In this document: positions 39,937 through 48,881 of the stretch, in pieces
Numbering within the stretch: the first letter of the stretch is position 1
Layout: the number at the start of each line of letters is the position of its first letter
Source of the DNA: Polaromonas sp.
GTDB lineage: Bacteria; Pseudomonadota; Gammaproteobacteria; Burkholderiales; Burkholderiaceae_C
Assembly: GCA_031390045.1 (NCBI GenBank)
Contig: JANMTB010000106.1
Coordinates: 1-61,828 of the forward strand
DNA: 61,828 bases
Direction of reading: 5' to 3'
Made by a program: the position numbers and the translations under genes
Notes under the pieces: generated by a model
The model's database searches: none
What the model saw: only the letters and a program-made list of their open reading frames with translations
Told to the model about the DNA's origin: nothing

Positions 39937-39957
39937 AAAGTATAGCCATGATACTTT
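39937..39957. promoter_or_regulatory. palindrome AAAGTAT-N7-ATACTTT in the divergent fdrA / aminotransferase promoter region (candidate operator)
   Basis: Perfect 7-bp arms read directly from the sequence. It is the only such site in the 107-bp intergenic region. Confidence 0.3.
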
Positions 39958-40014
39958 GAAGTTAGGCATTTTCCTACTCATTTTTCAAATTGCAATACAG
40001 CCAAATTTACAGCC

Positions 40015-41277
40015 ATGATGCTTCCAAAATTGACCCCACTTGCCAATGCCAACTCGGCTTTTAATGAGCTGAACCCCGTACCACGATTGTTGATGGGTCC
40101 TGGGCCAATCAATGCCGACCCGCGCGTGCTCAAAGCCCTGTCAACACAGCTTTTAGGCCAGTTTGACCCCCAATTTCGTTTGATGATGCGTGAAACCATG
40201 GCCCTTTATCGTGCTTTTTTTGAAACGCAAAACGATTGGACTTTTGTTTTGGATGGCACAGCACGCTCAGCCATTGAAATGGTCATGATGTCTGCCATCG
40301 AGAATGGTGACAAAGTCTTGGTTTGTAGTTTTGGTCGGTTTGGACAATTGTTAGACGAAATTGCACAACGCTGCGGCGCCAATGTCAAGGTCATTCACAC
40401 CGATTGGGGAACCGTCTTTGATTTGGAGCAAATTGAAACCGAGATTAAAGAGTTTTCGCCTAAATTAGTCGCTATTTGCCAAGGTGATACCTCAACAACG
40501 ATGCTGCAGCCGCTGGAAGGATTAGGCGAACTTTGCCACCGCTATGGCGCGATGCTGCAGGTTGATGCCACTGCCTCTTGCGGCGGTACACCTTTGCCTG
40601 CAGACGCTTGGGCAGTTGATGCCGTGACAGCTGGTTTGCAAAAATGTTTGGCAGGGCCTTCGGGCATTGCACCTATTACCTTGTCAAACCGCATGGCGGA
40701 GTCGATTTACAGCCGACGTCACATTGAAGCGGGCTTGCGGCCAGCAAATTATGTGCCCGGAGTAGGCGCCCGCATCGCTTCCAACTACATGGACGTGGCG
40801 ATGATCATGGACTACTGGAGCGATGCAGGTTTGAACCACCACACTGAAGCGACCAGCATGCTGTATTGCGCCCGTGAATGTGCGCGCATCTTTGTGCAAG
40901 AAGGCTTGCAAAACGTCTATTCAAGACATGCTGCGGGCTCGCGAGCAGTCGTTGCCGGTGTGCAATGCATGAATTTAAAAGTTTATGGCGACCTTGCCAA
41001 CAAAATGCCCAACGTCACGGGCGTTTATATTCCCGACGGAATCAATGGCGACAAAGTACGCTCGGCTCTGTTGAATGATTTCAACATTGAGATCGGCACC
41101 AGCTTCGGCCCTTTGAATGGCAAGGTGTGGCGCATAGGTGCGATGGGGTACAACGCTCGCCAAGACACTATTTTGCAAACTTTAGGTGCGCTTGAGGTGG
41201 TTTTAGCCGCAGAAGGCCACAAATTCACACGCGGCGCGGGTGTCGATGCGGCTTATCAGAGTTACAAAACCAATTAA
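40015..41277 (+). CDS. class V aminotransferase (alanine/serine-glyoxylate, PucG/HpxJ-like ureidoglycine aminotransferase candidate)
   Basis: 420 aa. LLMGPGPIN, QGDTSTT and a QKCLAGPSG (Lys) motif. Confidence 0.82.
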   Translation: MMLPKLTPLANANSAFNELNPVPRLLMGPGPINADPRVLKALSTQLLGQFDPQFRLMMRETMALYRAFFETQNDWTFVLDGTARSAIEMVMMSAIENGDKVLVCSFGRFGQLLDEIAQRCGANVKVIHTDWGTVFDLEQIETEIKEFSPKLVAICQGDTSTTMLQPLEGLGELCHRYGAMLQVDATASCGGTPLPADAWAVDAVTAGLQKCLAGPSGIAPITLSNRMAESIYSRRHIEAGLRPANYVPGVGARIASNYMDVAMIMDYWSDAGLNHHTEATSMLYCARECARIFVQEGLQNVYSRHAAGSRAVVAGVQCMNLKVYGDLANKMPNVTGVYIPDGINGDKVRSALLNDFNIEIGTSFGPLNGKVWRIGAMGYNARQDTILQTLGALEVVLAAEGHKFTRGAGVDAAYQSYKTN

Positions 41278-41430
41278 TTAAGCTAAAAACGGCAAGCGAA
41301 TTTGAGCACTTGAGTCTTTTAGCTGGATATTGATAAACATCAAACATAAGTTACTTGGAAACTCGATAATACTGGCTGAAAACGTAGTACTAGCTATCTT
41401 GCACATGTACTGTTTCATTAGGAAAACTCC

Positions 41431-41748
41431 ATGTCAAATCGTCGCGAATTTATTATCCAATGTTCTTTTGCCACTAGCGCCGTAGCTACATCACTAGCGA
41501 CTACCGCTGTCTTTGCCCAAGGTGCCATGCTCGATGAAAAAGATCCACAAGCTGTTGCCTTAGCCTACAAAGCAGATGGAACTAAGACTGATAAAGTCAA
41601 ATTTCCAAAATATGACACTGCGCAAAATTGCACCAATTGCGCTTTGTACCAAGGTAAAGCGGCTGACAAAGCAGCCGGTTGCCCGCTTTTTGCTGGCAAG
41701 CAAGTAGCTGGCAAAGGCTGGTGTAGCGCTTGGGCTAAAAAGGCGTAA
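41431..41748 (+). CDS. high-potential iron-sulfur protein (HiPIP) with Tat signal
   Basis: 105 aa. SNRREFI twin-arginine motif. Four Cys in HiPIP spacing (CTNCALY...GCPLF...GWCSAW). Confidence 0.85.
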   Translation: MSNRREFIIQCSFATSAVATSLATTAVFAQGAMLDEKDPQAVALAYKADGTKTDKVKFPKYDTAQNCTNCALYQGKAADKAAGCPLFAGKQVAGKGWCSAWAKKA

Positions 41749-41794
41749 AAAGCCTTATCGTTAAATACAAGCGCTAAATTCAAGCTCTTTAGCC

Positions 41795-42196
41795 ATGCAA
41801 AGCTTAACCATTTACTACGATGGTGAATGTCCGCTTTGCTTGGCTGAAATTCACTTTCTAAAAAACAGAAATACCCTCGGCTTGCTTGAATTTGTTGATG
41901 TGGCTGCTCCACAATATGATGAATCAGCACATCAGCTCACTTGCAAACTAGCGCTAGCCACCATGCAAGGGCGCTTGGGTGATGGCACCCAGCTTGAAGG
42001 CATTCCCGTATTTGCAGAAGCCTACAAACGGGCAAACTTGCCTAAGCTGTCATGGCTGTTTTCACGTAGTTGGTTAAAGCCATTTTTGAACGCTAGTTAT
42101 TATGTTTTTGCAAAGTACAGGCACGGCGTTTCAAAAACCATTGGGCCCATGATGCTGAAGCTGTCAAAACGGTACACACCAGAAACGGCTAAATGA
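41795..42196 (+). CDS. thiol-disulfide oxidoreductase DCC family protein (DUF393)
   Basis: 133 aa. N-terminal YYDGECPLC motif. Confidence 0.78.
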   Translation: MQSLTIYYDGECPLCLAEIHFLKNRNTLGLLEFVDVAAPQYDESAHQLTCKLALATMQGRLGDGTQLEGIPVFAEAYKRANLPKLSWLFSRSWLKPFLNASYYVFAKYRHGVSKTIGPMMLKLSKRYTPETAK

Positions 42197-42208
42197 CGAT
42201 ATCGGAAC

Positions 42209-43804
42209 ATGCGTTTTAGCGTCGTTTGGTTCAAGCGTGATTTGCGCGTTGCAGACCATGCAGCTTTACAAGCAGCCGCCCAACGCGGCCCCGTTTTATG
42301 CCTATACGTGATCGAGCCCAGTGTTTGGGTGCAGTCTGATGCGGCTCACCAGCACTACTTATTTTTGCTTGAAAGCTTACGCGATTTAGACGCTGATTTA
42401 CGCCGTTTAGGTGGGAAATTGCATGTTTTATCCGGCGAATTTGTTGATGTTTTAGCTAGATTATTTATAGCAAATTCTTTTGTAGCAGTTTACGCGCACG
42501 AAGAAACGGGCAACGGCATCACTTATAAGCGCGACTTAGCTGTGGGGCAATGGTGCAATTCGCACAATGTTGAATTTTTTGAATTCAGACAATTTGGCGT
42601 GGTGCGCAAACTCAAAAATCGCAGCGATTGGAAAAGCCATTGGGACAAGCATGTTCGCTCGCTCATTTTGCCAGTGCCAGATGCGGTGCAACTGCAATTC
42701 GTGCCGCTACCTTGGCATGCAGCTTTGCTTCCAAGTCCTGTAAAGCTAGGTCTAATTACTGATGTGAAGTTACCAACGCCGAAGCAACGCCAACTGGGTG
42801 GTCGTCGTTTGGGTCTAGAGGTTTTGCAAGATTTTTTGAACGACAGAAGCGCGCAATATCGCGGCGGTATTTCGTCGCCATTGTCCGCCCCAACCGCGTG
42901 TTCTCGGCTCTCGCCATATTTAGCTTTTGGCTGTGTTAGCTTACGCGAAGTGGTGCAATCCACTTACCATGCCATTGCAGAGTTACCAGCAGGAAATTGG
43001 CAAAAAAAGGGTTTGGTTGCCTTTGTCAGCCGTTTGTACTGGCATTGCCATTTCATTCAAAAGTTAGAGTCAGAGCCGACGCTTGAATACCAAAACGTGC
43101 ACCGAGGCTACGACGGCTTACGTGAAAACGATTGGAACCCAGCTCATTTTGAGGCTTTGACCACCGCTCGCACTGGCTGGCCGCTGGTCGATGCCTGCGT
43201 GGTGATGCTCCGCGAGACGGGCTGGCTCAACTTTCGTATGCGCGCCATGTTGGTATCTGTTGCCGCTTACCCGCTGTGGCTGCACTGGCAGCTTGTGGGG
43301 CAATGGCTGGCGCGGCAGTTTTTGGACTACGAGCCGGGCATCCACTGGAGCCAGATGCAAATGCAATCTGGCACGACGGGTATCAACACCACGCGGGTTT
43401 ACAACCCCATCAAACAAGCGCAAGACCACGACCCGTACGGTTATTTCGTGCGCCGCTGGTTGCCTTATATGCGACGCGTGCCAGATGCTTGGCTGTTCGA
43501 GCCGTGGCGCATGCCGCAAGTGATGCAAGAGCATTTGAAATTGACCATTGGCATAGGCGGAGAATTTGACATCCCAGAGCCGGTAGTCGACCTGCAAACC
43601 GCCACCCGAGAAGCCAAAGCCAAGCTTCATGGACGACGCGCACAGCCCGAAGTGAAAGCAGGCAAAGCCTCGATTGTTGAAAAGCATGCTTCAAGATCGA
43701 CGACGAGGACTAAAAAACCAACATCGACAAAAACGGCTACGACAATGACGCGCAGAGAAGCAACGATTAAAACCGAAAACCAACAAATTGCCTTGGATTT
43801 CTAG
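42209..43804 (+). CDS. cryptochrome/photolyase family protein (class unresolved) with a Lys/Thr-rich C-terminal extension
   Basis: 531 aa. Photolyase N-terminus ([16 protein letters not shown]) and FAD-binding domain ([36 protein letters not shown]). Confidence 0.85.
   Translation: MRFSVVWFKRDLRVADHAALQAAAQRGPVLCLYVIEPSVWVQSDAAHQHYLFLLESLRDLDADLRRLGGKLHVLSGEFVDVLARLFIANSFVAVYAHEETGNGITYKRDLAVGQWCNSHNVEFFEFRQFGVVRKLKNRSDWKSHWDKHVRSLILPVPDAVQLQFVPLPWHAALLPSPVKLGLITDVKLPTPKQRQLGGRRLGLEVLQDFLNDRSAQYRGGISSPLSAPTACSRLSPYLAFGCVSLREVVQSTYHAIAELPAGNWQKKGLVAFVSRLYWHCHFIQKLESEPTLEYQNVHRGYDGLRENDWNPAHFEALTTARTGWPLVDACVVMLRETGWLNFRMRAMLVSVAAYPLWLHWQLVGQWLARQFLDYEPGIHWSQMQMQSGTTGINTTRVYNPIKQAQDHDPYGYFVRRWLPYMRRVPDAWLFEPWRMPQVMQEHLKLTIGIGGEFDIPEPVVDLQTATREAKAKLHGRRAQPEVKAGKASIVEKHASRSTTRTKKPTSTKTATTMTRREATIKTENQQIALDF
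42431..42476 (+). repeat. possible copy Q of the dispersed repeat inside the photolyase-family gene
   Basis: TCCGGCGAATTTGTTGATGTTTTAGCTAG-ATTATTT-ATAGCAAATT. Hand alignment gives about 30 of 41 matches to copy M. No obvious length insertion in the protein. Confidence 0.45.
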
Positions 43805-43818
43805 ATTCCCCTGTTTTT

Positions 43819-43983
43819 ATGAAAATGATCAAAAAAGCCAACTTACCCAGCAAAGTCTGTATCCACTGCCAGCGCCCATTCACATGGCGTAAAAAGTGGG
43901 AAAAGGTATGGGACGATGTGAAATACTGCTCTGATCGCTGCCGGATGAGCTATTCCGGAAGTAAGGGCGACAAGAAAGTATGA
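43819..43983 (+). CDS. DUF2256 small zinc-ribbon protein (54 aa, absent from the ORF track)
   Basis: [54 protein letters not shown] has the CxxC..WRKKW..YCSxRC pattern. Its stop overlaps the ATG of the next gene (ATGA). Confidence 0.7.
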   Translation: MKMIKKANLPSKVCIHCQRPFTWRKKWEKVWDDVKYCSDRCRMSYSGSKGDKKV

Positions 43984-45191
43984 CTGCTGGCATCTCCATC
44001 TATTGGTTTCGTAATGACCTGCGTATTATCGACAACCCTGCATTTGATAGCGCCTATCGAACAGCTACAAAACTGCATGCGGTTTACATTCACGACTCGA
44101 AACACAGCGTTGAAACGCATTGGGGATTTGAGTGCATGGCTGAGAATCGCAAGACATTTTTGGCAGCGAGGTTGCAGGATTTAGCATTGCAATTGCAAGC
44201 TTTTGGTATTGAGTTGATTGATTTACGCGGTACACCAAAAGACGCATTGACGGATTTTGCCAAGTCCTACGATACTTGCCAGATTTATTGCGAAGATATC
44301 GCCGCACCCGAAGAACAGGCTGACATTGCTAGCTTAAAAGCTGTTGGCTTTGAAGTCGATGTGCTTTGGCAATCCAGTTTGCTTGAGCCAGCAGATTTGC
44401 CATTCGAAGTTGAAGCGTTACCAGCCGTCTTCACTGCTTTTAGAAACAAAGTCGAAAAGCATGCCGTAAAACCGCGTTTACCACTGCAAACTGAATCTGG
44501 CTCTAAGGCGACAATTCCTGAATCTGCAGTCGAAAAGCATCTAAAACACTATTTCTCAAGCGATTTTGCGTTGACGTACAAGGCGACGCGCAATCAGCCG
44601 ATGAACTTTGCGCCCGATCAGTACTTCTCAACAAAATTCTCCCCATGGTTGGCCTGTGGCGCTTTGTCTGCGCCCATGATTTATGAGAAATTGAAGCAAT
44701 TTGAATCCGAACGGGGTGCGAACGACAGCACCTATTGGATTTGGTTTGAGCTTCTTTGGCGCGATTATTTCAGGTTTTTACATTTACAGAATGGCAAAAA
44801 ACTTTATAGAAAACAAGGGCTTGGCAGCTTTGAGCTTGCACTAGTGCCGCATAACAAGCAAGGGTTTAAGCGTTGGTGCGAAGGGCAAACGGGCGAGCCG
44901 TTGGTCGACGCGGGCATGCGCGAGTTGGCTGCGACCGGATGGCTGTCCAACCGCATGCGCCAAGTCGTCGCTAGTTATTTGATTTATGACTTAGGTGGTG
45001 ACTGGCGAGCGGGTGCTGCGTGGTTTGAAGCGCAGCTGATTGACTATGACGTTTACAGCAACCAAGGCAACTGGCTCTACATCGCAGGCCGCGGCACCGA
45101 CCCGCGCGGTGGACGGCGGTTTAACCCGCACATGCAAGCGCAACAGCATGATTCAGAGGGTAAGTATCGACAGTTTTGGCGTGCAAATTGA
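43980..45191 (+). CDS. DASH-family cryptochrome
   Basis: 403 aa. [58 protein letters not shown]. Confidence 0.85.
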   Translation: MTAGISIYWFRNDLRIIDNPAFDSAYRTATKLHAVYIHDSKHSVETHWGFECMAENRKTFLAARLQDLALQLQAFGIELIDLRGTPKDALTDFAKSYDTCQIYCEDIAAPEEQADIASLKAVGFEVDVLWQSSLLEPADLPFEVEALPAVFTAFRNKVEKHAVKPRLPLQTESGSKATIPESAVEKHLKHYFSSDFALTYKATRNQPMNFAPDQYFSTKFSPWLACGALSAPMIYEKLKQFESERGANDSTYWIWFELLWRDYFRFLHLQNGKKLYRKQGLGSFELALVPHNKQGFKRWCEGQTGEPLVDAGMRELAATGWLSNRMRQVVASYLIYDLGGDWRAGAAWFEAQLIDYDVYSNQGNWLYIAGRGTDPRGGRRFNPHMQAQQHDSEGKYRQFWRAN

Positions 45192-45204
45192 ATACAAAAG
45201 CGTT

Positions 45205-45257
45205 AAATTATGCTATGATTATTATAGCTGTTTATGAAATAAATACGCCGGCTACAG
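45205..45257 (-). repeat. copy J of the dispersed repeat (reverse)
   Basis: AAATTATGCTATGATTATTATAGCTGTTTATGAAATAAATACGCCGGCTACAG. Confidence 0.8.
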
Positions 45258-45305
45258 TCATAAGTACCTCTAAAAATTAGTCAATATTAACAATTTAAGG
45301 TAAAT

Positions 45306-46898
45306 ATGAAAAAGACGACACTCAGATTGATCTTAGGTGACCAATTGAACCCATTGCACAGCTGGTTTACAGTGGTGGATTGCAGCGTTATTTACGTGCT
45401 GATGGAACTGCGCCAAGAGACAGACTACGTGCTGCACCATGCGCAAAAAATACTGGCTATCTTTGCAGGTATGCGTGATTTTGCGGCGCTGCTTGAAGCG
45501 GCTGGTCACCGCGTGCATTATGTGAAGATTGACGATGCTGCGAATTTGCCGACCATCACAGAGAACCTAAATGCGCTGATCGCCAAGTACCAAGCCATCG
45601 CTTTTGAATACCAAGCGCCCGATGAGTGGCGGCTGGATATGCAAATGGCTGACTACGTAAAATCGCTCACTCAATCACAGTCAATATCAATGCAAATGGT
45701 TGATTCAGAACACTTTTTCACTGCTCGCGACGAGACAGCTTTGCTTTTCGGTGACCGCAAAAAGTGGCTGATGGAGACGTTTTACAGGCAAATGCGCGTA
45801 AAGCACGGCATCTTGATCGAAGACGACAGCAAGCCGCCTAAGCCTGTAGGTGGTCAATGGAATTTTGATGCTGAGAACCGCAAAGCTTGGCCCGGCTTGC
45901 CGCTAGCACCGTCAGACATTCGTGCTGAGCGTAGAAAAACGCACGACCACAGCGCCCTTTGGACAACGATAGTTAAAGCTGGCGTGAAAAGCTTTGGTGA
46001 GCCCCATGCAAGTAAGTTCGGCTGGCCGCTTAATCGGGCTGAGGCATTGGTGCAACTCGATATTTTTGTAGCCCAAGTCCTCCCTAATTTCGGCGATTTT
46101 GAAGATGCGATGAGCAGTAAGGAATGGCGTTTGTTTCACTCGTTGCTATCGTTTTCAATGAACGTGAAAATGCTGAATCCACGTGAAGTGGTGGCTAAAG
46201 CAGAAGCAGCGGGGCGCTCAGGCGCTGCGCCGCTGGCCGCGGTGGAAGGTTTTATTAGGCAAATATTGGGTTGGCGCGAGTTTATGCGCGGGTTTTATTG
46301 GGCAAAGATGCTAGACAGTTTGCCAGCAACGTATGCCGATAACAACTATTTCAACCACCAAATGCCATTGCCAAAGTGGTTTTGGACGGGCAAAACCCAG
46401 ATGCGCTGCATGGCTGCCGCCATCGGACAATCGTTAGAGCAAGCCTACGCCCACCATATTCAACGGCTGATGGTGATTGGTAACTTTGCACTCTTGGCAG
46501 GGGTGAACCCGAAAGAACTTCACCACTGGTATTTGGGTATTTATATCGACGCCTTTGAGTGGGTCGAGCTGCCCAACACCGTGGGCATGAGCCAGTTTGC
46601 TGATGGCGGCTTGTTAGCGACCAAGCCTTACGTCAGCAGCGCCGCCTATATTGACCGCATGAGCGACTACTGCAAAGGCTGCCATTACGATAAAAAACTA
46701 AGGGAAGACACGCCCAACAAAAAAGCCTGCCCCTTCAACGCGTTGTATTGGGACTTTCACGTCAAGCATGCTGATAAATTAGCCAACAACCCGCGCATAG
46801 GCATGGTTTACCAGCAATTGAAAAAGATGGATGCTAGCAAAATTGAAGCGTTTCAAGTTCAAGCGGCAAACTTGAAAGGGCGCTTGGATAATCTGTAA
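45306..46898 (+). CDS. FeS-containing bacterial cryptochrome/photolyase (PhrB/CryB-like, probable (6-4) photolyase)
   Basis: 530 aa. N-terminal LRLILGDQL. C-terminal Cys set (RCMAA..., YCKGCHYD, ACPFNALYW) consistent with a 4Fe-4S ligand pattern. Confidence 0.8.
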   Translation: MKKTTLRLILGDQLNPLHSWFTVVDCSVIYVLMELRQETDYVLHHAQKILAIFAGMRDFAALLEAAGHRVHYVKIDDAANLPTITENLNALIAKYQAIAFEYQAPDEWRLDMQMADYVKSLTQSQSISMQMVDSEHFFTARDETALLFGDRKKWLMETFYRQMRVKHGILIEDDSKPPKPVGGQWNFDAENRKAWPGLPLAPSDIRAERRKTHDHSALWTTIVKAGVKSFGEPHASKFGWPLNRAEALVQLDIFVAQVLPNFGDFEDAMSSKEWRLFHSLLSFSMNVKMLNPREVVAKAEAAGRSGAAPLAAVEGFIRQILGWREFMRGFYWAKMLDSLPATYADNNYFNHQMPLPKWFWTGKTQMRCMAAAIGQSLEQAYAHHIQRLMVIGNFALLAGVNPKELHHWYLGIYIDAFEWVELPNTVGMSQFADGGLLATKPYVSSAAYIDRMSDYCKGCHYDKKLREDTPNKKACPFNALYWDFHVKHADKLANNPRIGMVYQQLKKMDASKIEAFQVQAANLKGRLDNL

Positions 46899-46944
46899 CC
46901 CAAACGCTTAATTCAGATAAATTTAGCCGCGCTTCACTTGTAAT

Positions 46945-47802
46945 TTAGCCCCGATTCCTGCGCTCTGCCTCACCCACACGTGGCTCACCCATACGGTTCA
47001 CGGTTAAAACGGGTCCTGGTTGATTCAGCATTTGCACGTGGTGCTGACGGCCACGGAACTCATAGGTCACATCCCAATAGACAGGCGTTGTGTTTGGCTC
47101 GTTCACGCATTTTTTGACATTGCGCGTGACGACCACTTGGCCAGGGCGACCATTGACTGCTGCCACGTTTGCACCAACCGCAGCGCCAGCTACTGCACCA
47201 CCAATCGTTGCTAAATCTTTGCCACGTCCACCGCCAAACTGGTGCCCAATCACGCCACCCAGCACGGTTCCAGCCAACATGGATGGATCGGGAGCAAAGG
47301 TTTGCACGACTTGCTCAGCTTCGACCCAGCAGCGCTGCTTAGGTTCACCAAAGACCGCGCGAACGGCGACTACGTCAGCTTCATAGAGTCGATTTTCTCC
47401 CCGACGTGGCCGTGTGTCATAGGCAGGCATAGCCGGTGGTGCGTAGCGCTCGGGTTCGATTTTTGTCGGCATAACGACAACGGTTCGTACCGATGAGGCT
47501 CTGTCATTGATGCCCATTGCGTTGAAGGAAGGGTAGTTGCCAGGGCGCAAGACCGTGCATCTACCGGCAAAATTAACGTCTTCACAAATTTCCCAAACTT
47601 TAGTGCCTAGTACAACCACGGAAGAAGCCGTGTCATTGAAACCGTAGGCGCGTAAATCAGGCAAATTTTCTTGGCTGGTGAAGTTTCTGCCTTGAAAGTT
47701 TTCATGCTCAAACACAATGATTTGCGCACTAGCCAGTACAGTTGTTGCAACAGCAGCAGTGATAACGGTACTTTTTAGAATTGCTTTGAAGCTTACTTTC
47801 AT
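46945..47802 (-). CDS. secreted beta/gamma-crystallin domain protein fused to a glycine-zipper (Rick_17kDa/SlyB-like) module
   Basis: Signal peptide. Two Greek-key motifs (FEHENFQGRNF..., ICEDVNFAGRC...NDRASS). Gly-zipper GGVIGHQFGGGRGKDLATIGGAVAGAAVGA. Confidence 0.7.
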   Translation of the reverse strand: MKVSFKAILKSTVITAAVATTVLASAQIIVFEHENFQGRNFTSQENLPDLRAYGFNDTASSVVVLGTKVWEICEDVNFAGRCTVLRPGNYPSFNAMGINDRASSVRTVVVMPTKIEPERYAPPAMPAYDTRPRRGENRLYEADVVAVRAVFGEPKQRCWVEAEQVVQTFAPDPSMLAGTVLGGVIGHQFGGGRGKDLATIGGAVAGAAVGANVAAVNGRPGQVVVTRNVKKCVNEPNTTPVYWDVTYEFRGRQHHVQMLNQPGPVLTVNRMGEPRVGEAERRNRG

Positions 47803-47928
47803 GTCTATCTCCTATAGGTTTTAAATGATGGTCAAAAATCTTTCTAGATTTTAAAAAAAGTATATACCTGAACGATCTAGAAAAATGCACCTAGGAGACA
47901 TTGGGATCACCCAAAGATGATATTTTTT

Positions 47929-48725
47929 TCACCCAAACCACTTATTCACATCCAAAGTTCCCCGCTCGCCAATGCTGTCTGCATGTGCCTTTAACCATTC
48001 CCGCCCACGCTCGTTGCCTTGCACGCGCAGCAGTTCTAAAAAAGGTGTGTGGGCTAGCACTTTGGTGTCTGATCGCTCTAAGGTGGGTAACTCGTTGATA
48101 TCGATCATATGAAAGCGCATGTCATGTAAGCGCTGCTCAAGCCTACCTTTGTCGAATTGACTTCTTTCAGAAAAATGAGCGGCTTGCGTAAACATTCGCA
48201 TTTCCCGCATAAAGTGGGCGCTGAAGGCTAAGTCGTTGATGCGGGTTTCAATCTCTTCGACGGTGTTGAGCTTGCCTTCACGCAACAACGGGTTGAGCAG
48301 TACCAATAGCACGTCGGCAGAATCACAGTCGTAAAACAATGGGAAAACCGCTGGGTTGGCCGTGTATCCGCCGTCCCAGTACAGTTCACAGTCGATTTCA
48401 ATGTCGTGATGAATCTTGGGCAGGCAAGATGAGGCTAACAGCACGTCCACCGTCAACTCGTTTTCGCGAAAGATGCGTAATTTACCAGTGTTGACCTGCG
48501 TGGTACCCATGAAGAGTTTGAATGGGCTGTTTTTTTTTGCAAGCCTTCAAAGTCGATTTGCCGCTTCAACACGTCACGCAAGGGGTTCAAACCAAGGGGG
48601 TTGAGCTGGTATGGCGAGAATTGCCCCGCCCAGTTGGCCATCATTTTGCTGGCTGTGATTGGTGTAGTTTCAGTATTGATCAAATCAACTTCCCTCACTT
48701 GTCGTTTGTAGAAATGTACAAACAA
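47929..48725 (-). pseudogene. patatin-like phospholipase pseudogene (5'-truncated and frameshifted)
   Basis: Two overlapping ORFs (48453..48725 and 47929..48510) carry contiguous patatin-family sequence (SPYQLNPLGLNPLR...IDFE | KLFMGTTQVNTGK...YWDGGYTANPA). The frame breaks in a T9 run at 48530..48538. The N-terminal GxSxG region is absent. Confidence 0.7.
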
Positions 48726-48881
48726 ATATCAGTATAGGGTTTTCCCTTATAAATGGATGAAAAAAGGGTAAAAATGGATGGAAGTTGGTTAAAAATTGGT
48801 TGGAAAAACGAGAAAAATGGATCAAAGCACGAATCAGCTACAAAGTGAGCGAAACAAATTGCGCGCAGGCTATGATTAGCC

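Noticed and set aside
47841-47883. 9-bp inverted repeat TTTCTAGAT-N25-ATCTAGAAA upstream of the crystallin gene, as an operator or mobile-element end.
   Set aside because: It occurs only once, has a long spacer, and no associated regulator or transposase. It is mentioned under the crystallin finding only.
48753-48848. 32-codon plus-strand ORF (MDEKRVKMDGSWLKIGWKNEKNGSKHESATK), and the 79-aa minus-strand ORF at 48695..48934.
   Set aside because: They lie in an A-rich repetitive spacer. There are no RBS or family features, and the composition is driven by the AAATGGAT words.
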